A stretch of DNA of 64,000 bases from Bacillota bacterium (lineage in GTDB: Bacteria > Bacillota > DTU025). Below the pieces are notes generated by a model, which was not told the origin of the DNA, did not search any database, and saw nothing but the letters and a program-made list of their open reading frames with translations. Within the stretch, counting starts at the first letter, position 1. Each line of letters starts with the position of its first letter. The stretch covers positions 640,001 through 704,000 of the forward strand of contig JBMNJT010000002.1 of assembly GCA_050951805.1 (NCBI GenBank), read 5' to 3'. This document shows positions 34,780 through 46,285 of the stretch, one piece after another. The translations under genes were made by a program, and so were the position numbers.

Positions 34780-34806
34780 TTATCGGCATGTTGCGCCGTG
34801 ATCTTA
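34780..34806 (-). promoter_or_regulatory. sigma28 (SigD/FliA) promoter
   Basis: Minus strand TAAG-15 bp-GCCGATAA versus consensus TAAA-N15-GCCGATAA. Confidence 0.8.
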
Positions 34807-34976
34807 GCTCTGTAAAACTTGCAGGCCAAGAGCGCGTTTCGGTTCAGGACAGACACGCGAGGGCATCAATCATTGCTAGTAACCGTCAGGTTTGCTGCTC
34901 TCAGCCTGTTGGGCTGCATGTTCTCTGTTCCGAGGCCGGACTGCAACTAGTCAAATGTGGTCCGTCTTCGAGTGCA

Positions 34977-36688
34977 CAGAAGTTCCGCATGCCGTAGACT
35001 GTGAGGAGTTCGGAAGTACTGCATGATACTGGCCGGGGACGATTACCAGTGTTCTAGGGACTTTCGAAAATGATGTCGTTCAAGTGCTACGATTGCAACT
35101 TATCAGAAGAGCAATATGAGGGGGTAATTCCCTGATTGGAGATAGAAAGAATCTCCGCACCTAAGGTCGAAGTTGTTCGACATTCAACCCAGCAAGTTAA
35201 AACAAAGGTGCGGGGAAGATGAATAGACTAAAGCAATTTGTTGATTACGCAAACAAGGTGTTTGGGCTGCATGAGTTCGCTACGGGATGTCGTGACTCAA
35301 GAGTGAACCCACAGTATCCTTGTGCAACCATTATAGCACTTTTTGTCGCCTCCATTGCAGCTAGAGTGGGCAGTTTGTACCAGATCGAACGCATGGGAAA
35401 GAGCGGCGAGCTCGACAGGTTTATACATACCCGGGAAAAGCCTAGCGCTGATACCTTGGGACGCTGGCTGGCAGTCGCCGACTACAGCGGATTCAGATCC
35501 TATAACGGCAGCATCGTCCAAAAGGCGAGGAGGAACAAGGTTCACGCATATGGGACTATCTGCGGGTGGCGGGTTGCCGCGATAGACGGCACGGAGACCT
35601 TTTGCACCCAGAGCCCGACGGCCGAGGCGCTCAAATGGTCCAAGCGTACGCTGTCAAACGGAGCGGTCGAATATTACGAACGTGCAGCGGTGCTGTCCTA
35701 CGTAGGTGCTCACCCTCACCTGATCTTGGACATTGAGCGCATCGAGCCCGGGGAGGGTGAGGTTACGGCGGCAATTCGGCTCTTGGGGAAGGCTCAGCAT
35801 CGCAACTGGCGATATTGCGACATGATATGCGCGGATGCCCTGTATGCCCAGGCGCCGTTCATAAACGCCGTAAGCGCCCTTGGCAAGTGGATCATCATAA
35901 AGTTGAAACAGGACAACTACCACCTGGTACGCGACATGGATGGGCTCGTGGCCGATCGCTCCCCAGATGTGGAGCTTGTGGGGATAACACCGAAAGGCGA
36001 ACCCATCCCGATCAACCATGGGGTGACCTACAGCGTAGAGATATGGGATGAAGAAGGCTTCACAAGCTGGGATGGCGTAGATCGTCCGCTGCGGTGCCTG
36101 AAGGTCGTTGAAACCAAGATTACGACGTGCCGTGGCGAAGTCGTCAAGGTTGAGCCGACAGTATACCATATCGTAACGACCGCTCCCCAAAGCATTGTGA
36201 ATGCGGCAATCGTCTGGCAGATAATGCACCGTCGCTGGGATATCGAGAACTCGATCTTCAACGACCTCAAGCAGAACTGGGGCTTTGATCACTGCTACAC
36301 GCACGACATTAACGGTATACAGACGATGTATGCCTTGTTCTGCATCGTCTTCAACCTGATGATGCTGTTCGCCTACAGGAACCTGAAAGATGCTCCTGGA
36401 AGAGGCGTAACGCTGAAAGAACTGGCAAGACAGATGCTAGTAGGGATGGAAACGCTATGCCAGCCCATAACTGAGTTGCTCCCGAGAGCCAGCCCTGGTT
36501 GAACAAGCGGCAAGTTGGCGAGGTAGACTGGGAGAACCTATGGAAGACGATCTTCGGTCCCCCATAACAGCGGATTTGGGGGAAAGGGGGATGTATCAGC
36601 GCAATTGGGCCTGGGGTTTATTGCTATACACCATGCGGCATCTGCATGCCGTATCCTGCCAGGCCGAAACGCATATGCGGAATTCCTG
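34977..36688 (+). mobile_element. Complete insertion sequence (1712 bp), DDE transposase, 9-bp target duplication
   Basis: Terminal IRs CAGAAGTTCCGCAT / ATGCGGAATTCCTG (12 of 14 match); TCGAGTGCA duplicated at 34968-34976 and 36689-36697. Confidence 0.93.
35219..36502 (+). CDS. DDE transposase (DDE_Tnp_1 / IS4-superfamily-like)
   Basis: [25 protein letters not shown] catalytic motifs; GEGE; HCY.H. Confidence 0.92.
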   Translation: MNRLKQFVDYANKVFGLHEFATGCRDSRVNPQYPCATIIALFVASIAARVGSLYQIERMGKSGELDRFIHTREKPSADTLGRWLAVADYSGFRSYNGSIVQKARRNKVHAYGTICGWRVAAIDGTETFCTQSPTAEALKWSKRTLSNGAVEYYERAAVLSYVGAHPHLILDIERIEPGEGEVTAAIRLLGKAQHRNWRYCDMICADALYAQAPFINAVSALGKWIIIKLKQDNYHLVRDMDGLVADRSPDVELVGITPKGEPIPINHGVTYSVEIWDEEGFTSWDGVDRPLRCLKVVETKITTCRGEVVKVEPTVYHIVTTAPQSIVNAAIVWQIMHRRWDIENSIFNDLKQNWGFDHCYTHDINGIQTMYALFCIVFNLMMLFAYRNLKDAPGRGVTLKELARQMLVGMETLCQPITELLPRASPG

Positions 36689-36705
36689 TCGAGTGCAGGG
36701 CCTAT

Positions 36706-36734
36706 TTGAATATGGCTTTTCTCTGTGCTATACT
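36706..36734 (+). promoter_or_regulatory. sigmaA-type promoter of rpmE
   Basis: TTGAAT-17 bp-TATACT with extended -10 TG. Confidence 0.7.
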
Positions 36735-36782
36735 GAGCTAGTCAAGGACAACTGTGAGGTCTATGCCTCGGAGGTGAAGAGG

Positions 36783-36980
36783 TTGAAGGACAATATCCAT
36801 CCTAAGTTCTATATTACGACTGTGACCTGCGCTTGCGGAGAGAGCTTTGAGACTGGGTCTACCCGCGAGAACATCAGGGTTGATATTTGCTCAAAGTGCC
36901 ATCCGTTTTCCACCGGCGTGCAGAGGGTCGTCGATACCGGCGGTCGGGTTGAGAAGTTCCGCAAGAAGCATAATCTTTAG
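36783..36980 (+). CDS. rpmE: 50S ribosomal protein L31, Zn-binding type
   Basis: [27 protein letters not shown]; SD GGAGGTG before TTG 36783. Confidence 0.96.
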   Translation: MKDNIHPKFYITTVTCACGESFETGSTRENIRVDICSKCHPFSTGVQRVVDTGGRVEKFRKKHNL

Positions 36981-37039
36981 CCAGTTTTGCTTGGGGGCGG
37001 CTTCAGTATATGGGGCCACCCCCAAGAGGCATGTACAGT

Positions 37040-37066
37040 CGGAGCCCTGCCGGGCTCCGGTTTTTT
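37040..37066 (+). terminator. Intrinsic terminator after rpmE
   Basis: CGGAGCCC-TGCC-GGGCTCCG then GTTTTTT; a second hairpin lies at about 36990-37026. Confidence 0.75.
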
Positions 37067-37092
37067 GAGTCTCCCTGCGAGGAGGGTATGCT

Positions 37093-37707
37093 TTGCAAGG
37101 AAGCATGGTGGGTACAGGCTGGATTGAAGTGATATGCGGCTCCATGTTCAGCGGCAAGACTGAAGAGCTAATTCGTAGAGTGAAGCGTGCAAGGATAGCT
37201 AGGCAGAACGTAGTGGCTGTCAAACCCGCTTTGGATATTCGGTTTTCATCGAAAGATGTGGTGTCGCACGATGGCGACAAGATCGGATGCTTGCCTGTTA
37301 AGGATTCTGACGAGGCTGAAGCTATCATCCCCGATGATGTGCAGGTTGTGGCTTTCGACGAGGCGCAGTTTTTCGATTCTGGCATTGTCGATCTATGTGT
37401 GCGACTCGCCGACAGAGGTGTGCGTGTTATCGTAGCGGGGCTAGACTGCGATTTCAGAGGCGAACCCTTCGGCTCCATGCCGGAGCTTCTGGCGCGCGCG
37501 GAGTATGTGACGAAACTTTCAGCAATATGTGTCAAATGCGGTAACCCTGCAACCAGAACTCAGAGGATCATCGACGGCAGGCCTGCGAACTACTCGGATC
37601 CACAGGTGGTCATAGGGGCCAGCGAGATGTATGAGGCAAGGTGCCGCAGGTGTCACCAAGTGCCAGGGAAACCTACTCGGAACCGGACAGGAGGTAACCA
37701 AGGATGA
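37093..37707 (+). CDS. tdk: Thymidine kinase
   Basis: [30 protein letters not shown]...Y.ARCR.C. Confidence 0.97.
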   Translation: MQGSMVGTGWIEVICGSMFSGKTEELIRRVKRARIARQNVVAVKPALDIRFSSKDVVSHDGDKIGCLPVKDSDEAEAIIPDDVQVVAFDEAQFFDSGIVDLCVRLADRGVRVIVAGLDCDFRGEPFGSMPELLARAEYVTKLSAICVKCGNPATRTQRIIDGRPANYSDPQVVIGASEMYEARCRRCHQVPGKPTRNRTGGNQG

Positions 37708-38591
37708 ATCCTCGTTACCAGTATGGAGGCCAGGCTGTCATCGAGGGCGTGATGATGCGAGGCCGTGACAGCGCGGCGATTGCCGTCCGTCGCCCTGACG
37801 GCGACATATCGGTAAAGATGCGCGATATTGATAGTTCCAAGCGCCCAGCTATACTCAAAGCTCCGTTCATACGCGGAGTAGTGACGCTCATCGAATCCCT
37901 CGTTGTGGGAATGGAGTCACTGATGTACTCGGCCAATGAGTCATCAGAAGAGGAAGAGCAGCTGTCAGGGGGAGAAGTCGTCCTCAGCCTAGTAATGGCG
38001 TTCGGGCTCTTCATCCTTCTTTTCATAGTGCTTCCCAATGTCATTGTCGCTTTTATGCAAAAACACATACCCAGCGTTGTGTTGGTCAACCTGTTAGAAG
38101 GAGTCCTCAGGATTGCGATATTCCTGGTCTATATTGTGGCCATTTCGAAAATGGAGGACATACAGCGTGTTTTTGCATACCATGGCGCAGAGCATAAGAC
38201 TATTGCTGCATGGGAGGCAGGCGAGGAGCTGACTGTGGATAACGCACGGAAGTACAGTACGCTCCATCCGAGGTGTGGGACGAGTTTTCTGCTCATCGTC
38301 ATGGTCTTGTCCATCCTCGTATACAGCTTTCTTGGCGAGCAGACCCTAGGCGAACGAATACTGAGTCGGCTGATTCTCTTGCCAGTGCTTGCGGGACTAT
38401 CATACGAAGTTCTTAAGCTGGCAGGCAGACCCAACCCGTCTGCGTTCGTTAAGTGGTTGTCCGCTCCCGGCTTGGCGTTGCAGAAGTTGACCACTCGCGA
38501 GCCGGACGACTCCATGTTGGAAGTGGCGATAGCTTCGCTAAATGCCGTGATAGAAAAAGATCAGGCCTCAAGTGAGGCGGCGGTGATATAA
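37704..38591 (+). CDS. DUF1385 (YqhQ-like) membrane protein
   Basis: [35 protein letters not shown]. Confidence 0.92.
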   Translation: MNPRYQYGGQAVIEGVMMRGRDSAAIAVRRPDGDISVKMRDIDSSKRPAILKAPFIRGVVTLIESLVVGMESLMYSANESSEEEEQLSGGEVVLSLVMAFGLFILLFIVLPNVIVAFMQKHIPSVVLVNLLEGVLRIAIFLVYIVAISKMEDIQRVFAYHGAEHKTIAAWEAGEELTVDNARKYSTLHPRCGTSFLLIVMVLSILVYSFLGEQTLGERILSRLILLPVLAGLSYEVLKLAGRPNPSAFVKWLSAPGLALQKLTTREPDDSMLEVAIASLNAVIEKDQASSEAAVI

Positions 38592-38592
38592 G

Positions 38593-39660
38593 ATGATAGG
38601 AAAGCTCGATGAAATAGAGGCGAGATACGTGGAATTGGAGCAGCAGATCGCTGATCCGGCGGTCATTGCTGATCAGATCACGTATCGTAAACTCGCTAAG
38701 GCCCATTCAGATCTCGAGGAGATAGTGGCCAAATACCGAAAACTCAAGGACGTAATGGCGGAGATCGTGTCTGTCAAGGAAATGCTCGACGGGCATTTGG
38801 AACCGGATATGCGCGAGCTCGCCGAGGCGGAGTTGGATGAACTCGAGTCGAGGCGAGGGGCGCTCGAAAGCGAGCTCCGTGTTCTTCTTCTCCCATCTGA
38901 TCCCAGAGACGAAAAAAACGTCATCGTGGAGATACGGGCGGGAACAGGGGGAGACGAGGCAGCGCTCTTTGTTGGCGACCTGTTCCGTATGTACGCAAGG
39001 TATGCTGAGCGCCATGGGTGGGAGTTGGAGAGCATGGCTTCCAGTCCCACCGAACTTGGAGGCTTCAAAGAGATCATATTCATGATTTCCGGGGACAAGG
39101 TCTACAGTCGGCTCAAATACGAAAGTGGCGTCCACAGAGTGCAGCGTGTGCCTGAGACTGAAGCGTCTGGCCGCATACACACTTCTGCGGCCACTGTAGC
39201 GGTTCTGCCGGAGGCCGAGGAAGTCGACGTGGAGATCGATCCGAACGATCTGAGGATCGATGTGTTCAGATCATCGGGGCACGGCGGGCAGAGCGTCAAT
39301 ACTACCGACTCTGCCGTGAGGATTACGCACATTCCCACAGGCATGGTCGTTACATGCCAGGACGAAAAGTCGCAGCATAAGAATAGAGACAAGGCTCTCA
39401 GAGTCTTGAGGGCCAGGCTTCTTGAGCAGCTTACAGAGGAACAAGAGGCCGACATAGCCGAAACGCGCAAAAGTCAGGTAGGGTCGGGAGATAGAAGCGA
39501 ACGGATCAGAACCTACAACTTCCCCCAGAGTAGGGTGACGGACCACAGGATAGGGCTGACAACCCACAGGCTTGCCTATGTTCTCGATGGAGATTTAGAT
39601 GAAATAATCGAGGCACTCATCCTTCATGAGCAGGGCGAGAAGTTGAAAAGGGCGGAATAG
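38593..39660 (+). CDS. prfA: Peptide chain release factor 1
   Basis: [17 protein letters not shown] (PxT), GGQ, RIRTYNF. Confidence 0.98.
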   Translation: MIGKLDEIEARYVELEQQIADPAVIADQITYRKLAKAHSDLEEIVAKYRKLKDVMAEIVSVKEMLDGHLEPDMRELAEAELDELESRRGALESELRVLLLPSDPRDEKNVIVEIRAGTGGDEAALFVGDLFRMYARYAERHGWELESMASSPTELGGFKEIIFMISGDKVYSRLKYESGVHRVQRVPETEASGRIHTSAATVAVLPEAEEVDVEIDPNDLRIDVFRSSGHGGQSVNTTDSAVRITHIPTGMVVTCQDEKSQHKNRDKALRVLRARLLEQLTEEQEADIAETRKSQVGSGDRSERIRTYNFPQSRVTDHRIGLTTHRLAYVLDGDLDEIIEALILHEQGEKLKRAE

Positions 39661-39670
39661 GAGTATCCAG

Positions 39671-40588
39671 ATGGGTGTAACTGGCCGTGAGAGGCAATTG
39701 CTGGCCATATTGAAATTGGCTTCAGAGTATCTGGAAAGACAAGGCGTGGACTCTGCGAGACTGGATGCCGAGGTATTGTTGGCGCATGTCCTGGCAATGG
39801 ACAGGATAGATCTTTACGTGAACTACGACCGCCCAATGGACGATAGAGAATTGGCCGAATACCGGGCTGTTCTCAGAAAGCGTGCCTCTCGCATGCCTGT
39901 AGCCTATATCACTGGATTCAAGGAGTTCATGTCCTTGGAATTTGCCGTTGATGAGCGCGTGCTGATACCCCGCCCTGAAACTGAGATCTTGGTGGAAACG
40001 GTGCGCGATCGCATTACCCGCGCTTCGAAAGAACGGCCGCGGATTGCCGACATAGGCACGGGAAGCGGCGCAATCGCTTGTTCTCTGGCTCTAATGTTGC
40101 CCAGTGCCCGAGTGTTGGCAACTGACGTGTCCTCTGATGCCTTGGGTGTAGCGAAGGCGAACGTGAAAAAGCACGGGCTCGAGGATCGCGTCGTCTGCAG
40201 GCAAGGCGACTTGCTGGAGGGTTTGGGGGCGAGCATGGAGCGGGAGATGGTGGATGCCATAGTTTCCAATCCCCCATATATTCCCTCGTCTGAGTTGGAT
40301 GCTTTGAGCCCGGAAATATCCCAGTATGAGCCGCGTGGTGCGTTGGACGGTGGCCCGGATGGGCTCGATTTTTATAGAAGGCTTGCCCGAGGTTGTGTGG
40401 AGTTTCTCGCCGATGGCGGGTTCCTGGCTCTAGAAATAGGGAACGGACAGGCACCGGATGTAATCGGTCTTCTGACCGAGGCCGGATTTGGCGATGTGGA
40501 AAGCATCGATGATTACTCCGGGACGGCTAGGGTTGTGGTGGCGTCCCGGCCAGCGGGGTGTCGGGTGCTCAAAAACGGTGCAATGTAG
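39671..40588 (+). CDS. prmC: Release factor glutamine methyltransferase
   Basis: LIPRPETE, DIGTGSG, SNPPY, EP..ALDGG.DGL. Confidence 0.97.
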   Translation: MGVTGRERQLLAILKLASEYLERQGVDSARLDAEVLLAHVLAMDRIDLYVNYDRPMDDRELAEYRAVLRKRASRMPVAYITGFKEFMSLEFAVDERVLIPRPETEILVETVRDRITRASKERPRIADIGTGSGAIACSLALMLPSARVLATDVSSDALGVAKANVKKHGLEDRVVCRQGDLLEGLGASMEREMVDAIVSNPPYIPSSELDALSPEISQYEPRGALDGGPDGLDFYRRLARGCVEFLADGGFLALEIGNGQAPDVIGLLTEAGFGDVESIDDYSGTARVVVASRPAGCRVLKNGAM

Positions 40589-40618
40589 GGGCAGATGATT
40601 TGGTTGGAGGAGATGTTG

Positions 40619-41785
40619 ATGTCTGATGCTCCCGAGAAACGAGGGAAGCCTACTACTGTGCTGATTGTGGTGGATCCGTCAGGCTCGGCTGAGCGTCTGG
40701 AAGCGGAGCTTGGGGAGGCTGCTCGGGTTCTTAGAGACGGCGGAACGGTTGCGTTTCCTACAGAGACCGTCTATGGGCTGGGAGGAAATGCGCTGGACAG
40801 GCGGGCAGTGGCCCGCATTTTTGCCGCAAAAGGGAGACCACAGGATAATCCTCTCATCGTCCATATAGCGGATATGGGGGCGCTTGGGAGCATCGCCTCG
40901 AGTGTGTCGCCGGGCGCCAGAGCGCTGGCTGATAGGTTTTGGCCTGGACCTCTCACGCTGATTCTCCCCAAGTCTGACGCGATTCCAGATGAGGTCACTG
41001 CGGGATTGGACAGTGTGGCGGTGAGAATGCCATCTCATCCTGTGGCAGCGGCTCTGATCCGCGCTGCAGGGGTTCCTGTGGCGGCGCCGTCCGCAAACAT
41101 ATCGGGGCGCCCGAGTCCGACTTCGGCAGAGCATGTGTGGCATGATATGGCGGGACGGATAGACATGCTTGTCGATGGGGGGTCTGCTGACATTGGTGTG
41201 GAATCGACTGTCATCGATATGACTTGTTCGCCTCCGATGATACTGCGGCCGGGAGGGATCACCCTTGAGGAGATACGTGAGGTCATCCCCGAAACTGTAG
41301 TGTTGACGGGCGGTGAAGGCTTGGATGGGCCTGCAAAGTCTCCAGGCCTGAGGCATAGGCACTACTCGCCGGAGGCACAGATGTGGCTGGTTATAGGCGA
41401 GTGGGATGCGCAGGTGGATGAGATCAAGAGCCGAGCAGCCGCTGGGGTGCGCCTAGGGCGGCGTGTAGGGCTCCTCGTGAGCACGGAGACGGCTGCGAAA
41501 CTTTGCACGTGGATTCGCGATTGTGGTGGGGAAGGGCCGGCGGGTGAGATCATCGTAGCTGAGATCGGGTCGAGGAATGATGCCTCTCAAGTTGCATCGG
41601 GGCTCTTCGATGGAATGAGAAGGCTGGATGCGGCAGAGGTCGATATGATGTTGGCTGAATCGTATGATGCTCGAGGCATGGGGCTTGCGATAATGAACAG
41701 GCTTATGAGGGCGGCTGGCGGGCGGATCATAAGAGTGCAGGGCGAGGCAGGAAATGATCTGATTTCGGAGAAATCCATCGAATAG
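40619..41785 (+). CDS. sua5: Threonylcarbamoyl-AMP synthase (Sua5 with C-terminal domain)
   Basis: FPTETVYGLG, KGRPQDNPLIVH, AAPSAN.SG, SPG...RHYSP. Confidence 0.95.
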   Translation: MSDAPEKRGKPTTVLIVVDPSGSAERLEAELGEAARVLRDGGTVAFPTETVYGLGGNALDRRAVARIFAAKGRPQDNPLIVHIADMGALGSIASSVSPGARALADRFWPGPLTLILPKSDAIPDEVTAGLDSVAVRMPSHPVAAALIRAAGVPVAAPSANISGRPSPTSAEHVWHDMAGRIDMLVDGGSADIGVESTVIDMTCSPPMILRPGGITLEEIREVIPETVVLTGGEGLDGPAKSPGLRHRHYSPEAQMWLVIGEWDAQVDEIKSRAAAGVRLGRRVGLLVSTETAAKLCTWIRDCGGEGPAGEIIVAEIGSRNDASQVASGLFDGMRRLDAAEVDMMLAESYDARGMGLAIMNRLMRAAGGRIIRVQGEAGNDLISEKSIE

Positions 41786-41788
41786 GCG

Positions 41789-42256
41789 GTGAACGCAGTG
41801 CCCCGTAAGATTCTGCTTGTCTGCGGCGGGAACACGTGCCGCAGCCCGATGGCTGAGGCCATCATGCGAAAGGTTATCGAGTCAGAATTTCCTCAAATGG
41901 CGGGCGAGATCGTGGTCGAATCGGCGGGCGTTGCTGCTGTAGAGGGCGATACAGCGTCGGAAAATGCGTTGACGGCGGCCGCAAAGATCGGCCTTGACCT
42001 GTCAGACCATCGTGCCAGAGCGCTCACAGCGAAGCTGATCTCGGAGGCCGACATAATCCTTGCGATGGAGGGTAAGCACATCGCAAGCATTCTGGCGATG
42101 GATCCATCAGCAGCTGGCCGGGTGCATACTCTTGCTGATGCAGATATTGCGGACCCTTTTGGGAGTTCACTTGAGATATATGAACGGACCAGGGACGAGA
42201 TAGAGGCGGCTGTGAGGCGATCCTTGGACGTGATCAATCGAGGTGACGCTGGTTGA
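41789..42256 (+). CDS. ywlE: Low-molecular-weight protein-arginine phosphatase (YwlE-like)
   Basis: P-loop CGGNTCRS with the Thr typical of pArg phosphatases, DPFG; synteny between sua5 and rpiB. Confidence 0.85.
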   Translation: MNAVPRKILLVCGGNTCRSPMAEAIMRKVIESEFPQMAGEIVVESAGVAAVEGDTASENALTAAAKIGLDLSDHRARALTAKLISEADIILAMEGKHIASILAMDPSAAGRVHTLADADIADPFGSSLEIYERTRDEIEAAVRRSLDVINRGDAG

Positions 42257-42684
42257 AAGTGGCTATTGGATCGGACCATGCCGGTTACGATGCAAAGGAA
42301 GAGGTTTTGAAGAAGCTTTCAGACGAAGGCCACGATGTCGTGGACTTCGGAACATATTCCCACGAAAGTGTGGACTATCCTGATATTGCCCACGCAGTGG
42401 CTGAGGCAGTCGCCAGTGGCGAGTGTGAGAGGGGCATACTCCTGTGCGGCACCGGGATAGGGATGTCGATTGCGGCGAACAAGGTGCGCGGAGTGAGGGC
42501 TGCGCTCTGCCATGACGACTTCACGGCCAAGATGGCCAGAGAGCACAATGATGCGAACATACTGGCTGTTGGCTCCCGCACTACTGCCATGCACACGATA
42601 ATGCGAATGGTAGACATATTTCTGTCTACGGAATTTGCAGGGGGAAGGCACGCTGACAGGGTAAGCAAGATTGAAAAGGCCTAG
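42253..42684 (+). CDS. rpiB: Ribose-5-phosphate isomerase B
   Basis: GSDHAG, DYPD, CGTGIG, HNDAN, GGRH. Confidence 0.97.
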   Translation: MKVAIGSDHAGYDAKEEVLKKLSDEGHDVVDFGTYSHESVDYPDIAHAVAEAVASGECERGILLCGTGIGMSIAANKVRGVRAALCHDDFTAKMAREHNDANILAVGSRTTAMHTIMRMVDIFLSTEFAGGRHADRVSKIEKA

Positions 42685-42707
42685 TAAGGCTATCGGGGGT
42701 GTACTGA

Positions 42708-43337
<630 letters not shown>

Positions 43338-43359
43338 CGCGCGTCTGCGCAGAGAAGGT

Positions 43360-43824
43360 ATGGCTATGGATGGAGCAGGCCGGGAGAGGCCTTCATGGGA
43401 CGAGTATTTCATGGAGATAGCAAAGGTGGCTGCAAAAAGATCTACGTGTCTTAGACGGCAAGTCGGTGCAGTAGCAGTAAGGGACAAGCAAATCCTGGCG
43501 ACGGGGTATAATGGAGCTCCTGCCGGACTTGCCCATTGCAGTGAAGTCGGGTGTGTGAGGGCGAAGCTCGGTATCCCTTCTGGTGAGCGGCACGAGCTCT
43601 GCCGTGGGCTTCATGCCGAACAGAACCTGATAATCCAGGCAGCTGTGCACGGTGTGGCAATATCAGGGGCTACAGTTTACTGTACGTTCCATCCGTGCGT
43701 TGTATGTTCTAAAATGTTGATCAATGCGGGGATCGCGAGAATCGTATTTGCGGGGGAATATCCGGATCGATTAGCAGACGAGATGCTGCAGGAAGCCGGC
43801 GTAGAACTGACTCGGATTCCTTGA
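43360..43824 (+). CDS. dCMP deaminase (ComEB family)
   Basis: [30 protein letters not shown]. Confidence 0.93.
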   Translation: MAMDGAGRERPSWDEYFMEIAKVAAKRSTCLRRQVGAVAVRDKQILATGYNGAPAGLAHCSEVGCVRAKLGIPSGERHELCRGLHAEQNLIIQAAVHGVAISGATVYCTFHPCVVCSKMLINAGIARIVFAGEYPDRLADEMLQEAGVELTRIP

Positions 43825-43947
43825 CGTCCGTGTGTACAGACTTCTGCGAGGAAACTGGGGCAAGATCCATCCGCAGTGATCGACACGGATCTAGCCTGGA
43901 TTCGGCGTCATGATTGTTTTATACCGAACCGATGGGAGTGCGACAAC

Positions 43948-44979
43948 TTGAACAGGTATTTGATGTCTTTCCTGTTCACAATTGCATCATCATTTCTACT
44001 CACTCCCCAGATACGGGCATTTGCCCTGAAACGAGGCATAGTCGATCGTCCAAGGGGCAGACATGTCCACAAGGCGCCTGTGCCAATGCTGGGGGGAGTG
44101 GCAATCTATCTGTCATTCGCTGCAGCATGCCTTATATTTACAAAGGTCAACAAAAATGCCATTGGATTGCTTCTTGGGGGCGGTCTCATAGTGGCTTTTG
44201 GGGTGTGGGACGATATTTGCGAGATCAAGCCACGAACCAAGCTTTGTGGGCAAATTGCAGCTGCTGTCGTGTTGGTTCTTTTTGGGGTAAAAATCGAATT
44301 CGTGACTAACCCGCTTGGCGGCATGATCTATCTCGGGTTCATGTCGGTGCCGCTTACAATCATATGGCTTGTGGCGTTCATGAATGTGGTCAACTTCATT
44401 GATGGTCTCGATGGTTTAGCTGCTGGAGTGTCGGCTATAGGCGCCCTTGCAATGGCTTTTGCCGCATTCCAGACTAAGCAGGGTCAGCTCGTTATCATGT
44501 CTATGGCGTTAGCGGGGAGTGCATTGGGTTTCCTATACTACAACTTCAACCCCGCTTCGATATTCATGGGGGATGCTGGGGCAATGTTTCTCGGTTTTGC
44601 CATAGCCGGCATATCTGCCATGGGCGCGCTTAAGACCCCGGCAACACTGGCGTTGGCAGTCCCGGTGCTGGTGATGGGGGTTGCGATACTTGATACGGCT
44701 TTTGCCATCTTCAGGCGTGTTCGCAAAGGGGCGCCAGTTTCTGTCGGCGACAAGGATCACGTTCACCATAGGTTGTTGGCCATGGGAATGACCCAGCGTG
44801 AAGCTGTTCTCACGCTATACGCAGTTAGCGGGCTCCTTGCAGCTGCAGCGTGTGGGATAGTGGTTGTGAACCCTCGAGTTGGCCTAGGCGGCGCGGTCGT
44901 TGCATTTGGTGCTCTAATCATCGTAGGTGAGAAGTCCGGGGTTATGAAGGTCGGGCCACGTCGGAAGATGGACGAATAG
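43948..44979 (+). CDS. Undecaprenyl-phosphate GlcNAc-1-P transferase (TagO/WecA family)
   Basis: P.LGG, G.WDD, NF.DGLDGL, FMGDAG, D.DH.HH; likely start TTG 43948. Confidence 0.93.
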   Translation: MNRYLMSFLFTIASSFLLTPQIRAFALKRGIVDRPRGRHVHKAPVPMLGGVAIYLSFAAACLIFTKVNKNAIGLLLGGGLIVAFGVWDDICEIKPRTKLCGQIAAAVVLVLFGVKIEFVTNPLGGMIYLGFMSVPLTIIWLVAFMNVVNFIDGLDGLAAGVSAIGALAMAFAAFQTKQGQLVIMSMALAGSALGFLYYNFNPASIFMGDAGAMFLGFAIAGISAMGALKTPATLALAVPVLVMGVAILDTAFAIFRRVRKGAPVSVGDKDHVHHRLLAMGMTQREAVLTLYAVSGLLAAAACGIVVVNPRVGLGGAVVAFGALIIVGEKSGVMKVGPRRKMDE

Positions 44980-45029
44980 GGGTCTTGCACGTTTGCGTTG
45001 CTCATTGATGGTATGTCGGAGGTTGTTTC

Positions 45030-46187
45030 ATGGGAAGGATTAAGGTTCTGTCTGTTTTTGGCACAAGGCCAGACACGATAAAACTTGCGCCCGTAGTTGC
45101 CGAGCTTTCGAAGTATCCGGATATGATCAGCTCTGTGACAGTTGGGACCGCGCAGCACCGTGACATGATGGATCAAGTACTTTCAGTGTTTGGCATTTCA
45201 CCCGACTATGATCTTGGCATAATGCAGGATGACCAGACGCTTTTCGACATTGCAGAGAGAGGCCTCCGTGGCCTGGAGGAAGTATTAGTCCGTGAAAAAC
45301 CGGACATTACTCTTGTTCATGGCGATACTTCCACTGCGTTCGTTGGAGCGCTTGCTTCATTCTATTGCAAGACTGCTATTGGTCACGTAGAAGCTGGTTT
45401 GCGCACATATCAGAAGTATGACCCTTTTCCGGAGGAAATGAACCGAAGGCTTGTGGGCTGCCTTGCCGATCTGCACTTTGCGCCCACTGCTGATCATCTG
45501 GAGAATTTGCTTCGGGAGAATTTCCCCCGCGAAAACATCTACGTTACGGGGAACACTGTAGTCGATGCTGTAATGAGGGTTGCCCAGAGTCGTACGGGGT
45601 ACGATGATCCGAAGCTCGCGTCCCTAGATCTCGAGGGCAAGAGGCTAATCTTGGTCACTGCTCATCGGCGTGAGAACATAGGTGAACCTTTGCGGAATAT
45701 CTGCGCGGCTATCCGTGATGTGTTGGCGGACTATCCCGATGTTGTGGTTGTGATGCCTGTTCATCTCAATCCGAGGGTAAGGGAGACCGTAATGGAGGAG
45801 CTTAGCGGGGCTGAAAGGTGTTTTCTTGTTGATCCGGTAAGCTACCCCGACATGGTGGGCCTCATGGAAGCATGCTACATGGTGATGACCGACTCCGGAG
45901 GCCTCCAGGAGGAAGCACCTGCTTTGGGCAAGCCAGTGCTGGTGCTCAGACGGACAACTGAGAGGCCTGAGGGGCTTCGAACCGGAACTTTGCGACTAGT
46001 TGGAGTGGGTAGAGAGCAGATTCGGGAAGAAGCAGGTATTCTTCTTGAGGATGCAGAACAATATCGGAGAATGGCAAGCGCGCCTAACCCTTATGGTGAC
46101 GGAAATGCCGCTCACAGAACAGTTATGGGAATACTCCACCATTATGGGCTCGTTGACGAACGACCTTCCGATTTTATGCCCATATAG
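45030..46187 (+). CDS. wecB: UDP-GlcNAc 2-epimerase (non-hydrolysing)
   Basis: FGTRP, HGDT, HVEAGLR, PEE.NR, TDSGG.QEEAP, NPYGDG. Confidence 0.96.
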   Translation: MGRIKVLSVFGTRPDTIKLAPVVAELSKYPDMISSVTVGTAQHRDMMDQVLSVFGISPDYDLGIMQDDQTLFDIAERGLRGLEEVLVREKPDITLVHGDTSTAFVGALASFYCKTAIGHVEAGLRTYQKYDPFPEEMNRRLVGCLADLHFAPTADHLENLLRENFPRENIYVTGNTVVDAVMRVAQSRTGYDDPKLASLDLEGKRLILVTAHRRENIGEPLRNICAAIRDVLADYPDVVVVMPVHLNPRVRETVMEELSGAERCFLVDPVSYPDMVGLMEACYMVMTDSGGLQEEAPALGKPVLVLRRTTERPEGLRTGTLRLVGVGREQIREEAGILLEDAEQYRRMASAPNPYGDGNAAHRTVMGILHHYGLVDERPSDFMPI

Positions 46188-46285
46188 TACCGGGAAGATA
46201 TTCCCGGTTGTGCTCTGGATAGACCCGATGTTAAACTGCGCAAGGGGGCAGAATGCCTGTTTGCTTTGGAATTGGGGGAGGTAAA

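Noticed and set aside
36540-36782. N-terminal extension of L31 in the 146-aa ORF
   Set aside because: It begins inside the IS; the promoter and SD place the real start at 36783.
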